64,000 nucleotides of DNA from Patescibacteria group bacterium (GCA_040384865.1 JAZKIM010000004.1:75974-139973); one strand, 5' to 3'; counted from the stretch's first letter, positions 19,556 through 29,441 are shown. Translations and numbers: made by a program. Notes: generated by a model not told the origin, from the sequence alone.

Positions 19556-20938
19556 ATGAAAAAACAATTTTTGTCAGGTGTGATTGCGACGGTGTTACTG
19601 TTTGGTTTGTTGTGTTCCCGTGCAGAGGCCTCTGATGATTTAGTTTTTCGTATATCAAATCTTCAGTCTCAAATCGCTTCACTGACAGTTGGGCTTAATG
19701 CCCTCTTGGCTCAGCAAGCAAGCACAACTCCTAGCTTAATTGTTGTAAGTCCGAACGGCGGAGAAAGTTATAGAATAGGGGATGTCGTCAATATTAAGTG
19801 GACAGCCTCAAATCTTTCTACCAGTTCAAGTGTTTATATTGAGCTTAGGTCAAGTGCTGGCGTAAGCCCAGTAGCTACCAAAATTGCTGTTGTTCCAGCC
19901 ATAGGCCTTTACTATTCTTGGAAAATTCCAAGTACGGTAACTGCGGGATCGTACATAATAGAAATTTACAAGGCCAATAAGTATGGAAACATTGACTCTA
20001 ATAGCTCGGTTAAAGATATAAGCGACGCATCGTTTACTATCACGTCTAGCACCGGTACTCTTCAGGGGTATTATTTTACTAAAAATTTAGGCCTTGGTTC
20101 AGAGGGTGCGGATGTAAGGATGCTTCAAAAGTTTTTAGTATCAAAAGGATTTCTATCTTCATCTGATGTGAGCGGTTATTTCGGCAATCGCACCAAAACT
20201 GCTCTTGCAGGCTATCAGGCATCAGTTGGAATTGCCCCTGCTGACGGATACTTCGGACCAATTACCAGAGCAAGGGTGAATGCTGAGCTTGCTACGAGTC
20301 CGATAGTCGCATCTCTTGTTATTACTAGTCCAATCGGGGATATGTGGATGGCAAGTTCCTCCAACAAAATCACTTGGACAGCAAGTCAAAACATAGCAAC
20401 GGTCCGGTTAGCTAGTTATTTGTTAGGAACTTCTAAAAATGGATATTTTGCCCAGGGGATTCCGGCTTCGCAAGGCTACTACAATTTTACGACAGGGCCG
20501 AGTCCTCTTTTAGGGAGTTTTATCCTAGAAATAGAAGGGCTTGATGTTAATAACAATGTTATTGCAACAGCGAAAACAACTTTTTCGATTATTGCAAGCA
20601 ATAGTCCGATTATTAAATCTATAAGTTCCACCTCTGGTATTTCAGGGCAGGCAATCACTATTACAGGAAGCGGATTTATTAACGGTAATAATAACGGATA
20701 TGGTTCGAGCGAGGTTGATTTTTTGAAAGGTGGAGTTTGGGTTGGAACGATTGCTCCAGTAGCCACTGACCCTTTAGCAATATCTTTGGATGGAACCGTT
20801 CTGAAATTCACCCTCGATCCAGTCTTTGTTGCCAATATCGGTTCAGGTACATATCAGCTACAAGTATCAAACCCGATTACTGGTGGAAAAAGTAACACTG
20901 TGCAGTTTACGGTTCTTCCTTTCTACGGCACTTACTAG
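19556..20938 (+). CDS. Secreted protein with Ser/Thr-rich Ig-like, peptidoglycan-binding and IPT/TIG-like domains
   Basis: Signal peptide; VSPNGGE...SDASFTI; LGLGSEGADVRMLQKFL..GYFGNRT..DGYFGPITRA (PG-binding 1); ITITGSGF. Confidence 0.8.
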   Translation: MKKQFLSGVIATVLLFGLLCSRAEASDDLVFRISNLQSQIASLTVGLNALLAQQASTTPSLIVVSPNGGESYRIGDVVNIKWTASNLSTSSSVYIELRSSAGVSPVATKIAVVPAIGLYYSWKIPSTVTAGSYIIEIYKANKYGNIDSNSSVKDISDASFTITSSTGTLQGYYFTKNLGLGSEGADVRMLQKFLVSKGFLSSSDVSGYFGNRTKTALAGYQASVGIAPADGYFGPITRARVNAELATSPIVASLVITSPIGDMWMASSSNKITWTASQNIATVRLASYLLGTSKNGYFAQGIPASQGYYNFTTGPSPLLGSFILEIEGLDVNNNVIATAKTTFSIIASNSPIIKSISSTSGISGQAITITGSGFINGNNNGYGSSEVDFLKGGVWVGTIAPVATDPLAISLDGTVLKFTLDPVFVANIGSGTYQLQVSNPITGGKSNTVQFTVLPFYGTY

Positions 20939-20953
20939 TTTTAAGAAACAAAT

Positions 20954-21043
20954 TTAGTTCGTTGTTGGATCCTTTATATCACGCAGGTGATCATCCCACG
21001 CAAGCACTTTCCAGAGTCTACTTTTTCGTAGACCGAATAGTCT
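20954..21043 (-). pseudogene. Remnant C-terminus of a histidine-phosphatase paralog
   Basis: Reads RLFGLRKSRLWKVLAWDDHLRDIKDPTTN*, matching the neighbouring gene end IFGPSKDKRWEILAWDDYTRDTK; preceded by an in-frame stop. Confidence 0.75.
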
Positions 21044-21110
21044 TTAACATCCTTTCAAATACAATAGGGCAGTACAGAAAGAGTGTCGCTGAGAAACTAA
21101 AGCGGACTCC

Positions 21111-21788
21111 TTAAATCCCTCCAGTCTTTTTTGTGTCTCTCGTGTAATCATCCCACGCTAGTATCTCCCAGCGCTTGTCTTTTGATGGTCCAAATATTCC
21201 TCGCTTGTATTGGCAAATAGTGATGGCTGCATTATTCGATGCATTAAAAAAGCTGAGAGTGTTGTACGTTGCAGAATTTAATTGTTCCCCAAACTCGATA
21301 TAAGCAACAACCATGCGTAGAAAAATGCCATGAGTAACGACAAGAATGTTTTTTTCTCTTCGCGAAGCAAGATACTCAAGTAGTGTTCTAGCCCGATTCT
21401 TTAAATCGTCAAAATTTTCCTCGTCCGAATAGCGGTAAGCATCATCGTGGAAGCTTTTGTCTATCGTATCAACGATACGTTTAACCTCAGGGTCGGTCAT
21501 TGATTTTCCAATGATTTCAGATGGATTGCGTCGTTCATGCAAAAGATCGAGATACTCAACTTTTTTAGGAGTGGGGAATTGCTCATTGATAATGGCGGCG
21601 GTCTCTTTTGTTCGTACGTAAGGGCTGACCAGAATGACATCTAGTTTGTGATGCGCGAGGCGTTTCCCTGTGTCTGCCGCTTGAGCTTGGCCCTTGTCAC
21701 TGAGACTACCCTCAGAACCTTGGCGAATACTAGCAGCGTTCAGTAGGCTTTCCCCGTGTCGGACAAAATAGAAAACTTTTCTTGTCAT
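21111..21788 (-). CDS. Histidine phosphatase (phosphoglycerate mutase family)
   Basis: FVRHGES, SPYVRTKET, LVVTHG. Confidence 0.93.
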   Translation of the reverse strand: MTRKVFYFVRHGESLLNAASIRQGSEGSLSDKGQAQAADTGKRLAHHKLDVILVSPYVRTKETAAIINEQFPTPKKVEYLDLLHERRNPSEIIGKSMTDPEVKRIVDTIDKSFHDDAYRYSDEENFDDLKNRARTLLEYLASRREKNILVVTHGIFLRMVVAYIEFGEQLNSATYNTLSFFNASNNAAITICQYKRGIFGPSKDKRWEILAWDDYTRDTKKTGGI

Positions 21789-21848
21789 GTTGGATTTAGT
21801 ATAGCAGGAATATGATACAATTTTATTATTATAACTTTAACGAATATT

Positions 21849-24800
21849 GTGAATATCCTTACCTCACGATTCTCTTCTAAGCGACTGATCACCTCCGGAG
21901 TTTTATGTGCCCTTTTCGTCCTGTTGTCTCTCATACCGTCTCTGTCCAGGGCGGATATAATAAAGTTAAGTACGCCGAAATTTACTAGTGCAGAAAATAT
22001 ATATTGCGGTGCGGTGAAGCTTACATGGACGAAGTCTCTTGTGGGCGGAATCGTCGTGGTGCCGACGAGGTACAGTTTATACCGTCTTAATCCGTCGACA
22101 ATGAATTTGGATCGGATAGTTTCAACTACCAGTACTTCATATATTGATAGCACTGGGCCACTAGGTACATATTCGTACATCATTCAGTCAGAAAACATCT
22201 ACGGTATTTCATTAAAGTCAGCCCCGCTGGTGGGTAATAATAATACAAATTGCACGCCGAAACTAACCGTGACTTGCTCTCTCAGTAAGGTGACCACCCC
22301 GAACAGTACTGCCAAAGACTATCTCTGGACAGCTTCAACAACAGGAGGTACTAGCAATCGCAGTTTTAAATGGAATGATTCTTCTACAAATTTCTCCAGT
22401 TCAACAGGTATGTCTCCTTATTTGTATAAAAGATATTCTATGCCAGGACTTGTTTTTATGCAGGTAACTGTTACTTCAGGAGTTCAAAAAGTAACAGCAA
22501 GTTGTTTGGGTACAATTGCACAGGCGCCTCTCAATGGACCTGCAGTAGTAACCCGAACAGCTACGACGACAACGTGTGGCAGTGATATTTCCTTCTCTTG
22601 GGCGCCTGTAACAAAAGCCACAGGATATTCAGTTTACCGATCTACTGGTCCGGCGAGCGACATGGCCACGTGGACAAAAATTGCTACTAATATAGGGCAG
22701 ACGCAGTTTACCGACCCTTTTTCTAGCGTAAAAGCATCCACTACCTATTTTTACCGAGTGACATCTCTTATTGGTGACATTGAACCAACGGGACTTTCTT
22801 CGAATGTTATCCCTTTTGTTTCTCCATATTATCAGCTCAAGGTTAAAACGGATGATGCCTGTGGCACTTTACCACCAGGCCCAGTAGCTTCTACCACTCT
22901 TCCTGCAGCACCCTTAACCTTCACCGCTAAAGAAGGGGCTACTTGCCAAGATCCGGCTATTTTAAAGTGGTCACCGGTCATAGGTTCAAAAGGATACAAA
23001 GTGAAGGCTGCAACCTCGCTAGTTGGACCATTCATACAGATCGATAGTTTTGCAACGACATCGTCGAGTACAACCATCACCTATATGGATAAGACGGCCT
23101 CTCCAGGGTCAATAATATATAAGGTTTCCGCATACAATGATTTTGGCACTTCTCTTGAAACGGTCTCGAACATTATAATCCAGCCAGACTGTTATGATCC
23201 AGACGGTAAGTTGGACTATCACGATCCAGATGCTGATGATACAGAAGTAACCCCAAACTATTCTCTTTTCACTGTTAAGTCTTTTGGATCTCCGGAATTT
23301 GCTGCTGAACACGGTGATGATATTTATGTCATACCTCAGCCGACGTTTCTTGTATATTCAATCAATCCTTCAGATCCAGAGAACTGGATCAGAGTTCAGA
23401 CTTGCGCAAACTTTTTCTGCGACACAGATTCGTTGTATGGAGGAGTTGTATATTTCCCTAAAATAGCACCGGGTAGTTCTGATCTGTTCGACACTATTGT
23501 TATGGAAGTTCGAACAGATCAAGGGGTAAAAAAGATTCTTGGTTATGTACCCAAGAATATTCCAGACGAGGAGTTTATATTTCCAGGTGGAATAAGAAAC
23601 GTCTCTCTTGATCTACCGTTGAGGTATAAAACCCAGATCCCTTCTTATTACGAACAATCTTTAACTATGGGTGTTGATGACGCATATAGATTCCTTAGAA
23701 TCTCAGGGGCAACTTTGAATGGACATTTGGACATATATGCTCAGGCATACCATACTTTTACCACAGAAGAACTTAAATCTATTCCTCCAAATACCCCGTA
23801 TCCTTCGAAAGAGATAAAGACTGCAACCGTCGATTTCACTGACGCTACTTCTCCTAATTGGTGGAGTGGTACGACATTCTCGAACTATTCTTCAGGAACT
23901 GGTTATGGCGAATCTAACGGTGTGCGTGTCACGAGGTATCTTTGTGATGGCCAGTCCACTCTTCAGAATTATTTCCAGCTTGGTTTCAACTGGTTTGGCG
24001 ACACCATTGATAACGGCGACGACACTATTTCCACCGGAGTTCAAGCCTCAACTTATGGAAGTAATCTCAATAGGGGAAATTGTGATCAAACTAAAGAATA
24101 CTATAACAGCAATAGCAGCACAGGCTTCTATGGAAGCCCTGGAAAGACTCAGTTTAAAAACCCAATTAAATTTTATACCGTTGAAGTGGTTGACTATGAT
24201 GGCGCACTAATCAAATCTGTTGATATGTGGGGTGAGTCTGACCCAAATACTATAGGCGGGAATTACAGAGTGTCTGGTGCCGTTACAATAAGATTGAGCA
24301 AGTTTGATAGCTATGACGGGATGTTCAACGAAGAGGGTCTCTTGTCTGCTAATCCTGACTATACAGAAAGTGTCGACGAGAATAGATATCCATTACTCGC
24401 CTCCTTAAGTCTAAAAGAAAAGATATTTGCTCGATTAGACATGTTGATTCGGTACAATCCTCTTAGTGCTTCTGTAACAGCTGCATTCAGTAAGGTGCAG
24501 CAGGTTTTTAGTGGAATAAATAAAAACAATCAGACAGCAACGGTATATAGAAAACTAAAAAAGAAAAGTGATTCTTCAAGAATTGCACGCAATGGCAAGG
24601 GTAATACTCCTAAAAAAGCTTCAGGCACAGCACCTGTCAAGGAAATCGATCTTACGAAAGAGTATGCAACAAGAGACCGTATCGCTTACTGGTTTGCACA
24701 TGCTGGACAGGTAGGCCCCGCAATTAATAGAGCGGATGCAGCAAATTTGGGTGTGTGTACGACAAATGTAAGTAAAAACTGTACGGCGGTTCTGGGTTTA

Positions 24801-25178
24801 AGTGATGAGTTTATTCTTCAACTTGCCCAAATAAGACAGATTAGAAAAAATGCTGAACCAGGAGCACCTGAAACCTCTATCGATTTAATAATTTCTGGAG
24901 GAACGGAATTCTGGCTGCATGGTAATAGAAGTAATGATCGAGCTAGTAACGGCACAAGTCACGGTTATTCTATGACTGTCGACATATCAAAACGAAACGG
25001 TTACGGGACATGGATCCTGAAGACTTTTAATCCTTTCCCTGGCTGTTCGAAATGGCTTGATCTCGGTAATAATCTCAGATTCCTAAATGAAGATTCTGTG
25101 CATTTTCATGTCGAAGGATATCCGGTAAAAGACACTTGTGGTTTTAACAGGGCAAACTTCGAATATTCAAACTATTAG
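21849..25178 (+). CDS. Large secreted FN3-repeat protein with C-terminal M15/LAS-like Zn-peptidase domain
   Basis: Signal peptide; FN3-like repeats (SWAPVTKATGYSVYR, YFYRVTS); C-terminal ISGGTE..SHGYSMTVD..VHFHVE (H-x6-D, HxH). Confidence 0.7.
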   Translation: MNILTSRFSSKRLITSGVLCALFVLLSLIPSLSRADIIKLSTPKFTSAENIYCGAVKLTWTKSLVGGIVVVPTRYSLYRLNPSTMNLDRIVSTTSTSYIDSTGPLGTYSYIIQSENIYGISLKSAPLVGNNNTNCTPKLTVTCSLSKVTTPNSTAKDYLWTASTTGGTSNRSFKWNDSSTNFSSSTGMSPYLYKRYSMPGLVFMQVTVTSGVQKVTASCLGTIAQAPLNGPAVVTRTATTTTCGSDISFSWAPVTKATGYSVYRSTGPASDMATWTKIATNIGQTQFTDPFSSVKASTTYFYRVTSLIGDIEPTGLSSNVIPFVSPYYQLKVKTDDACGTLPPGPVASTTLPAAPLTFTAKEGATCQDPAILKWSPVIGSKGYKVKAATSLVGPFIQIDSFATTSSSTTITYMDKTASPGSIIYKVSAYNDFGTSLETVSNIIIQPDCYDPDGKLDYHDPDADDTEVTPNYSLFTVKSFGSPEFAAEHGDDIYVIPQPTFLVYSINPSDPENWIRVQTCANFFCDTDSLYGGVVYFPKIAPGSSDLFDTIVMEVRTDQGVKKILGYVPKNIPDEEFIFPGGIRNVSLDLPLRYKTQIPSYYEQSLTMGVDDAYRFLRISGATLNGHLDIYAQAYHTFTTEELKSIPPNTPYPSKEIKTATVDFTDATSPNWWSGTTFSNYSSGTGYGESNGVRVTRYLCDGQSTLQNYFQLGFNWFGDTIDNGDDTISTGVQASTYGSNLNRGNCDQTKEYYNSNSSTGFYGSPGKTQFKNPIKFYTVEVVDYDGALIKSVDMWGESDPNTIGGNYRVSGAVTIRLSKFDSYDGMFNEEGLLSANPDYTESVDENRYPLLASLSLKEKIFARLDMLIRYNPLSASVTAAFSKVQQVFSGINKNNQTATVYRKLKKKSDSSRIARNGKGNTPKKASGTAPVKEIDLTKEYATRDRIAYWFAHAGQVGPAINRADAANLGVCTTNVSKNCTAVLGLSDEFILQLAQIRQIRKNAEPGAPETSIDLIISGGTEFWLHGNRSNDRASNGTSHGYSMTVDISKRNGYGTWILKTFNPFPGCSKWLDLGNNLRFLNEDSVHFHVEGYPVKDTCGFNRANFEYSNY

Positions 25179-25241
25179 TATAGAGAAATCGCCTGTGTGC
25201 AGAGCACGCAGGCGATTGTTTCTGGGGGCGGGGCGCCCCTG

Positions 25242-25466
25242 TTATTTGTCGGTCGGGTCACCACTGCCGTACTTCTCGCGAAACTCCTGGTAGCTGCTGC
25301 TACCGGTTTGTTCGACGAGTTGTTCGACAGAGCTGCCGAAGATGCAGGGCTGCGACTCTGGGATAGTCGCAGTGACTTTTTTGATGTGCGCGGGGCTTGA
25401 AGAACAGCCGGTCGCGCAGAAGAGGAACAAGCCTCCAAGGAGGAAGCGGGGAAGGGTCTTTTTCAT
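25242..25466 (-). CDS. Small putative lipoprotein
   Basis: MKK plus hydrophobic stretch plus ATG-C lipobox; TGnTATAAT upstream. Confidence 0.6.
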   Translation of the reverse strand: MKKTLPRFLLGGLFLFCATGCSSSPAHIKKVTATIPESQPCIFGSSVEQLVEQTGSSSYQEFREKYGSGDPTDK

Positions 25467-25589
25467 TCAGGCCATATTATATCACAACTGAGTATGTTTG
25501 TCTATAGGTCCATAAAAGCACGCTTTTAAGTCATTTTTCTAGCAAAGAGGGTGCTATAAGGGCATCGTAATGTTAGAATGTGGAGCATC

Positions 25590-26930
25590 ATGTCTACCTA
25601 TCATTTCTGGCACAATTGTGTTTCCTGCGGCAAAGATTTCTCTCCTGATAAGTTCCTCTACACTTGTCCTTCGTGTGGCGGCCTCCTGCTGGTTGCTCGA
25701 GATGAGCAATATATAAAAGATACCATCGGTACAGGAGAAAAAATCAGAAACTATTTTGACGACCTTCGTTTTGGAAAACGTCGGAAAGAATATCCGAATG
25801 ATTCAGGTGTATGGCTTTGGCGAGATTTCATTTTGCCTGGCTTCCCAGAATCAGCGATCATTTCTCTTAAGGAAGGTCAGACTGACCTCTTTGAAATCCC
25901 AGACTGGCTTAAAAAAGAAGTTGGACTCAAGAACCTTTTCATTAAACTCGAGGGCCAGGCACCATCAGAGAGTTTTAAGGATCGCGGCATGCCTGTTGCT
26001 GTCTCTGATGCTCTACGCCTCCAGCAAGAGTTTCCTGAACTCGGCATTACCGGTATATCGTGCGCCTCAACAGGCGACACTTCGGCCGCTGCTGCGATAT
26101 ATTCTGCATACCGACGAGACAAGCTCTCTTGTTTGGTGCTTCTTCCATTTGAAAAGATATCTGATCCTCAATTGTTTCAGGCGATGGCTCACGGGGCGGA
26201 TGTACGCGCGATCAAACACCCCAACGGTTTCGATGGTTGTATGAAATTGATTCAAGAATTTACCTTGCATCATCCTGAATTGGCTTTAGTGAATAGTAAG
26301 AATGACATGAGGGTTGTCGGGCAGGAAACGATCGGCCTTGAAATCATTCAGGATCTTTCCTGGAAAGCACCTGAGTGGATCGCCCTTCCGGTAGGAAATG
26401 GCGGAAACCTTACAGCACTTCTTAGTGGACTCCTTCGCGCAAAAGAATTTGGAATGATAGATAGTTTGCCAAAGATTATCGTTGGACAAACTACGGCAGC
26501 TGATACCTTGGTGCGATGGCAGGAGAGTGGCTATGAAAAATATGAGCCAGGGGAATATACAGATACGATTGCCAGTGCTATGAATATTAATAACCCGGTT
26601 AGTTTTCCTCGAATTCAAAAGTTGTATAAAAACTTTGACTTACATTTCTATCGCGTTTCAGAATCTGAGATTCAAAGGACATGGGCGCAGTTTACTCGAG
26701 CGGGGGCAAATATTTGTCCACAATCTGCCGTTGCTTTGAATGCTGTGCTTCAGGCGAAGGCGAAGGGACTTGTGAAAGAAACCGACACTGTTGTTTCGGT
26801 TTCCACTGCTTCATCAATCAAATTTGCGGAAACGGGAATTGTACATCATAAGACTGGAAAGAAAGAGGATTTCGCTAATCCATATGAAATCATAGATGGA
26901 ACAGTGGGGGCTTTGGAGAAGAGTTTGTAA
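25590..26930 (+). CDS. thrC: Threonine synthase
   Basis: N-terminal Zn-ribbon CVSC..CPSC; PSESFKDRG (PLP lysine); CASTGDTSAA; PVGNGGN. Confidence 0.92.
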   Translation: MSTYHFWHNCVSCGKDFSPDKFLYTCPSCGGLLLVARDEQYIKDTIGTGEKIRNYFDDLRFGKRRKEYPNDSGVWLWRDFILPGFPESAIISLKEGQTDLFEIPDWLKKEVGLKNLFIKLEGQAPSESFKDRGMPVAVSDALRLQQEFPELGITGISCASTGDTSAAAAIYSAYRRDKLSCLVLLPFEKISDPQLFQAMAHGADVRAIKHPNGFDGCMKLIQEFTLHHPELALVNSKNDMRVVGQETIGLEIIQDLSWKAPEWIALPVGNGGNLTALLSGLLRAKEFGMIDSLPKIIVGQTTAADTLVRWQESGYEKYEPGEYTDTIASAMNINNPVSFPRIQKLYKNFDLHFYRVSESEIQRTWAQFTRAGANICPQSAVALNAVLQAKAKGLVKETDTVVSVSTASSIKFAETGIVHHKTGKKEDFANPYEIIDGTVGALEKSL

Positions 26931-26945
26931 GATACAAGAATGCAA

Positions 26946-26979
26946 AACAAAAAACCGCCCATAGGGGCGGTTTTTTGTT
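26946..26979. terminator. Bidirectional intrinsic terminator
   Basis: AACAAAAAACCGCCC-ATAG-GGGCGGTTTTTTGTT. Confidence 0.9.
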
Positions 26980-26985
26980 GGTAGG

Positions 26986-27183
26986 TTATGCTCGCTTGAC
27001 GTTCACGGCATTCTTTCCTTTGTCAGTTTCCTCTGTTTCAAAAGAAACAGCGTCGCCTTCGCGAAGTTCATCGAACTTAACATCTACGAGAGAGTTAGTG
27101 TGAAAGAAAATATCCTTTCCTCCATCTTCTGGAGCGATAAAACCAAAACCTTTTTCCATAATCTTCTTGATTACTCCTTTCAT
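26986..27183 (-). CDS. Cold-shock protein
   Basis: KGFGFI, DIFFH, KGKNAVNV. Confidence 0.96.
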   Translation of the reverse strand: MKGVIKKIMEKGFGFIAPEDGGKDIFFHTNSLVDVKFDELREGDAVSFETEETDKGKNAVNVKRA

Positions 27184-27266
27184 GGGGTTAGTTTGTTAGT
27201 TAATAATATACAAATGTAATTTCTTCGAAACTCGACGTGTTCTAAATAGGCTCTTTGTTGCTGACA

Positions 27267-27295
27267 ATGGTATCATGGCGAGGTTGGTTTGTCAA
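27267..27295 (-). promoter_or_regulatory. Sigma70 promoter of the cold-shock gene
   Basis: Minus strand TTGACA-N17-TACCAT with TG extension. Confidence 0.7.
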
Positions 27296-27366
27296 ATCAA
27301 AAGAAAAACGCTCTCACCCAGTATTACTACTTTGGTGAGAGCGTTTGCATCGGCATGTTGCGGACG

Positions 27367-28197
27367 CTACTTTTTTGCCTCGTTGAGGCCGACGATGAAC
27401 TTGGTCATCTCCTCGAGTTGTTTGGAGGTTGTTCGACAACCGGCGAAGGCTTGGCTTTCTGGATTGCCAAATCCTTTGCCACCACCCCATCCGTCGAACT
27501 TTTCCTTCACAGCCTTGCAGATGTCGCCAGGCCCGAAGTAATTGAGTTCGTAGGGAACGTCGTCGTAGGCATCGCTTTCCAGGTACATGTCGAGTTCGCC
27601 TTCGTGGGCAAGCGTCAGACAACGCACCAGAAGGTTTTCTTTACCGTTCGGCCAGGTCTGAAAAAGACGATCGGTAACCGGTGAGCACTTGTTGCTGTAA
27701 CGCAGGTTGACGATGACGACACCACCGCGTTCCACGCGATTGGAGATGCTGTGTTCAGCTTCCTCCTCCATTTGATTCGTCACACCCTGCGCTTGGCGGT
27801 CGGCGAGACGGATTCCGTAAATTTCGTCGTCGGTTGCCCCCATTTCAAGCATTGCAGGAATGTAGCCAGAATCATTCGCGGCGACGAGTTCATCGTGCCG
27901 AAAAGGTTTCACTCCGATCCATTTTAGGACCTGCAGGATCGAGGCGGGTTCGCCAGAGCGATTGCCGTGGTGATTAATGTCGCCGACGGGTTCACAGAGC
28001 TGAGTGTCAAACTCGAGTTCGACGCAGACTGGCGTGATCCCTTGCTGCAATGCCTCGTCGATCTCAGAGGCATAATCCGAAGTCTTGGCGCCCCAGTCGA
28101 GGCCTTTGTCTGCGAAGGGAATGCTGTGTTCCTGCAGTCGCTGACGGATGGTCAGCATTTCGAGGTCATGGCCTCCCAAGAAGAACATGTATTTCAT
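27367..28197 (-). CDS. NrN-like DHH-family phosphodiesterase (DHH motif reads NHH)
   Basis: FFLGGHDLEMLTI, VELEFD, INHHG, LVAANDSGYIPAMLEMGA, IRLADRQAQGV, SPVTDRL, WGGG; the motif set recalled for NrN of CorA-linked type III CRISPR loci. Confidence 0.8.
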   Translation of the reverse strand: MKYMFFLGGHDLEMLTIRQRLQEHSIPFADKGLDWGAKTSDYASEIDEALQQGITPVCVELEFDTQLCEPVGDINHHGNRSGEPASILQVLKWIGVKPFRHDELVAANDSGYIPAMLEMGATDDEIYGIRLADRQAQGVTNQMEEEAEHSISNRVERGGVVIVNLRYSNKCSPVTDRLFQTWPNGKENLLVRCLTLAHEGELDMYLESDAYDDVPYELNYFGPGDICKAVKEKFDGWGGGKGFGNPESQAFAGCRTTSKQLEEMTKFIVGLNEAKK

Positions 28198-28368
28198 TTT
28201 CAAAGGTCCAGCTTAGAAGTACGAGTGATTGATAATATTCACTCATCCAGTTTGTGGTTTAGGATGCCTAAGGGCAGCTTCAGGGCTAGTTCGGGTCTTA
28301 CAGTACCACTTAATCCGTATTACGTCAAATACAAAAAAATGCGGAATTAACGTATACTAAAAACACTC

Positions 28369-29370
28369 ATGGATATTAAATTTAAGGGAAAAATTGAGAG
28401 TTTAATAGCGGAAATAAAGAGTAGATACGATTTACGTTTTATTGATATTGGTTTAGAAAAAGGTGCAAAGTTCTATATTTTTGGAGGAGTACTTCGAGAT
28501 ATGATTTTGGATAAACCATGGAAAGAGATTGACGTTCGAGTTTTTATAAACGAACCATATCCAAAGAGAGATGATGTGATGGAACAGATATTAAGCGAGG
28601 CAGGTATTAATATTTCTTCAAAAATCCCTTTTGGTGAATCATTTACTGTATATAGATTTGTTCCACCTAATAGTAAGTCTAAGGTAGATATTGATCTTAG
28701 TGTTATAAGTAAAGACTTTTCTGTCGGCCCTGATTTTACGATTAATGGATTATATTTGGATTTTGTAACTCATGAATTAATTGATCCACATAATGCTATT
28801 CAAGCTATAGAAGAAAAAGTTATCAAGACGGCGCTGGAGCCAATACAACAATTTAAGAATGAACCCTGGATGATATTCAGAGCTGTTAAAGCGGCGTGTC
28901 AATTTGATTTTAATATAGAGCAAAAAACATTGCAGGGGATGAAAGTCAATGCATCACTTGCAGAAGGAATGATGCAATCAATCGTTGATAAGAGTATGGG
29001 AGGAATGACAGAATGGCTCCTTGGAAACATGCTTCGAGGTCTTAAATATAACGCAAAGAAATTTGTTGATATTTGGAATGAGACCGGGATTACCCTTATT
29101 TTTGTAAAGTTTATTGCGAAGAATTATGGGAGTACCTCGAATGACATTAAAATTACGAATCCTTTTGTGTTGGGGAGACATGACGGTTTTGAAGATAACT
29201 TAAATATATTTTTCAGTGAGGTATCAGTTGCTGTAGATAAAGAAAATCCTGAAAAAGTATTCCGCAAGATATTAGATTTGTTCGAAATAGATAAGCCGAA
29301 ACAGTTTGAGGATTTTATAATCGATCCTTCGAAGCTGAGGTTTATTAAAAATATAGATATTTTGGTTTGA
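28369..29370 (+). CDS. Divergent CCA/poly(A) polymerase-family nucleotidyltransferase
   Basis: GGVLRDMIL..EIDV, DFTINGLY, LIDPHN, EPWMIFRAVK. Confidence 0.8.
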   Translation: MDIKFKGKIESLIAEIKSRYDLRFIDIGLEKGAKFYIFGGVLRDMILDKPWKEIDVRVFINEPYPKRDDVMEQILSEAGINISSKIPFGESFTVYRFVPPNSKSKVDIDLSVISKDFSVGPDFTINGLYLDFVTHELIDPHNAIQAIEEKVIKTALEPIQQFKNEPWMIFRAVKAACQFDFNIEQKTLQGMKVNASLAEGMMQSIVDKSMGGMTEWLLGNMLRGLKYNAKKFVDIWNETGITLIFVKFIAKNYGSTSNDIKITNPFVLGRHDGFEDNLNIFFSEVSVAVDKENPEKVFRKILDLFEIDKPKQFEDFIIDPSKLRFIKNIDILV

Positions 29371-29441
29371 TATACTTTCCATATGAAAAGCCCACCAGTT
29401 TGAGGTCCTTGTGGGAGCTTTCACTTGTGAGGCGTAAACCG

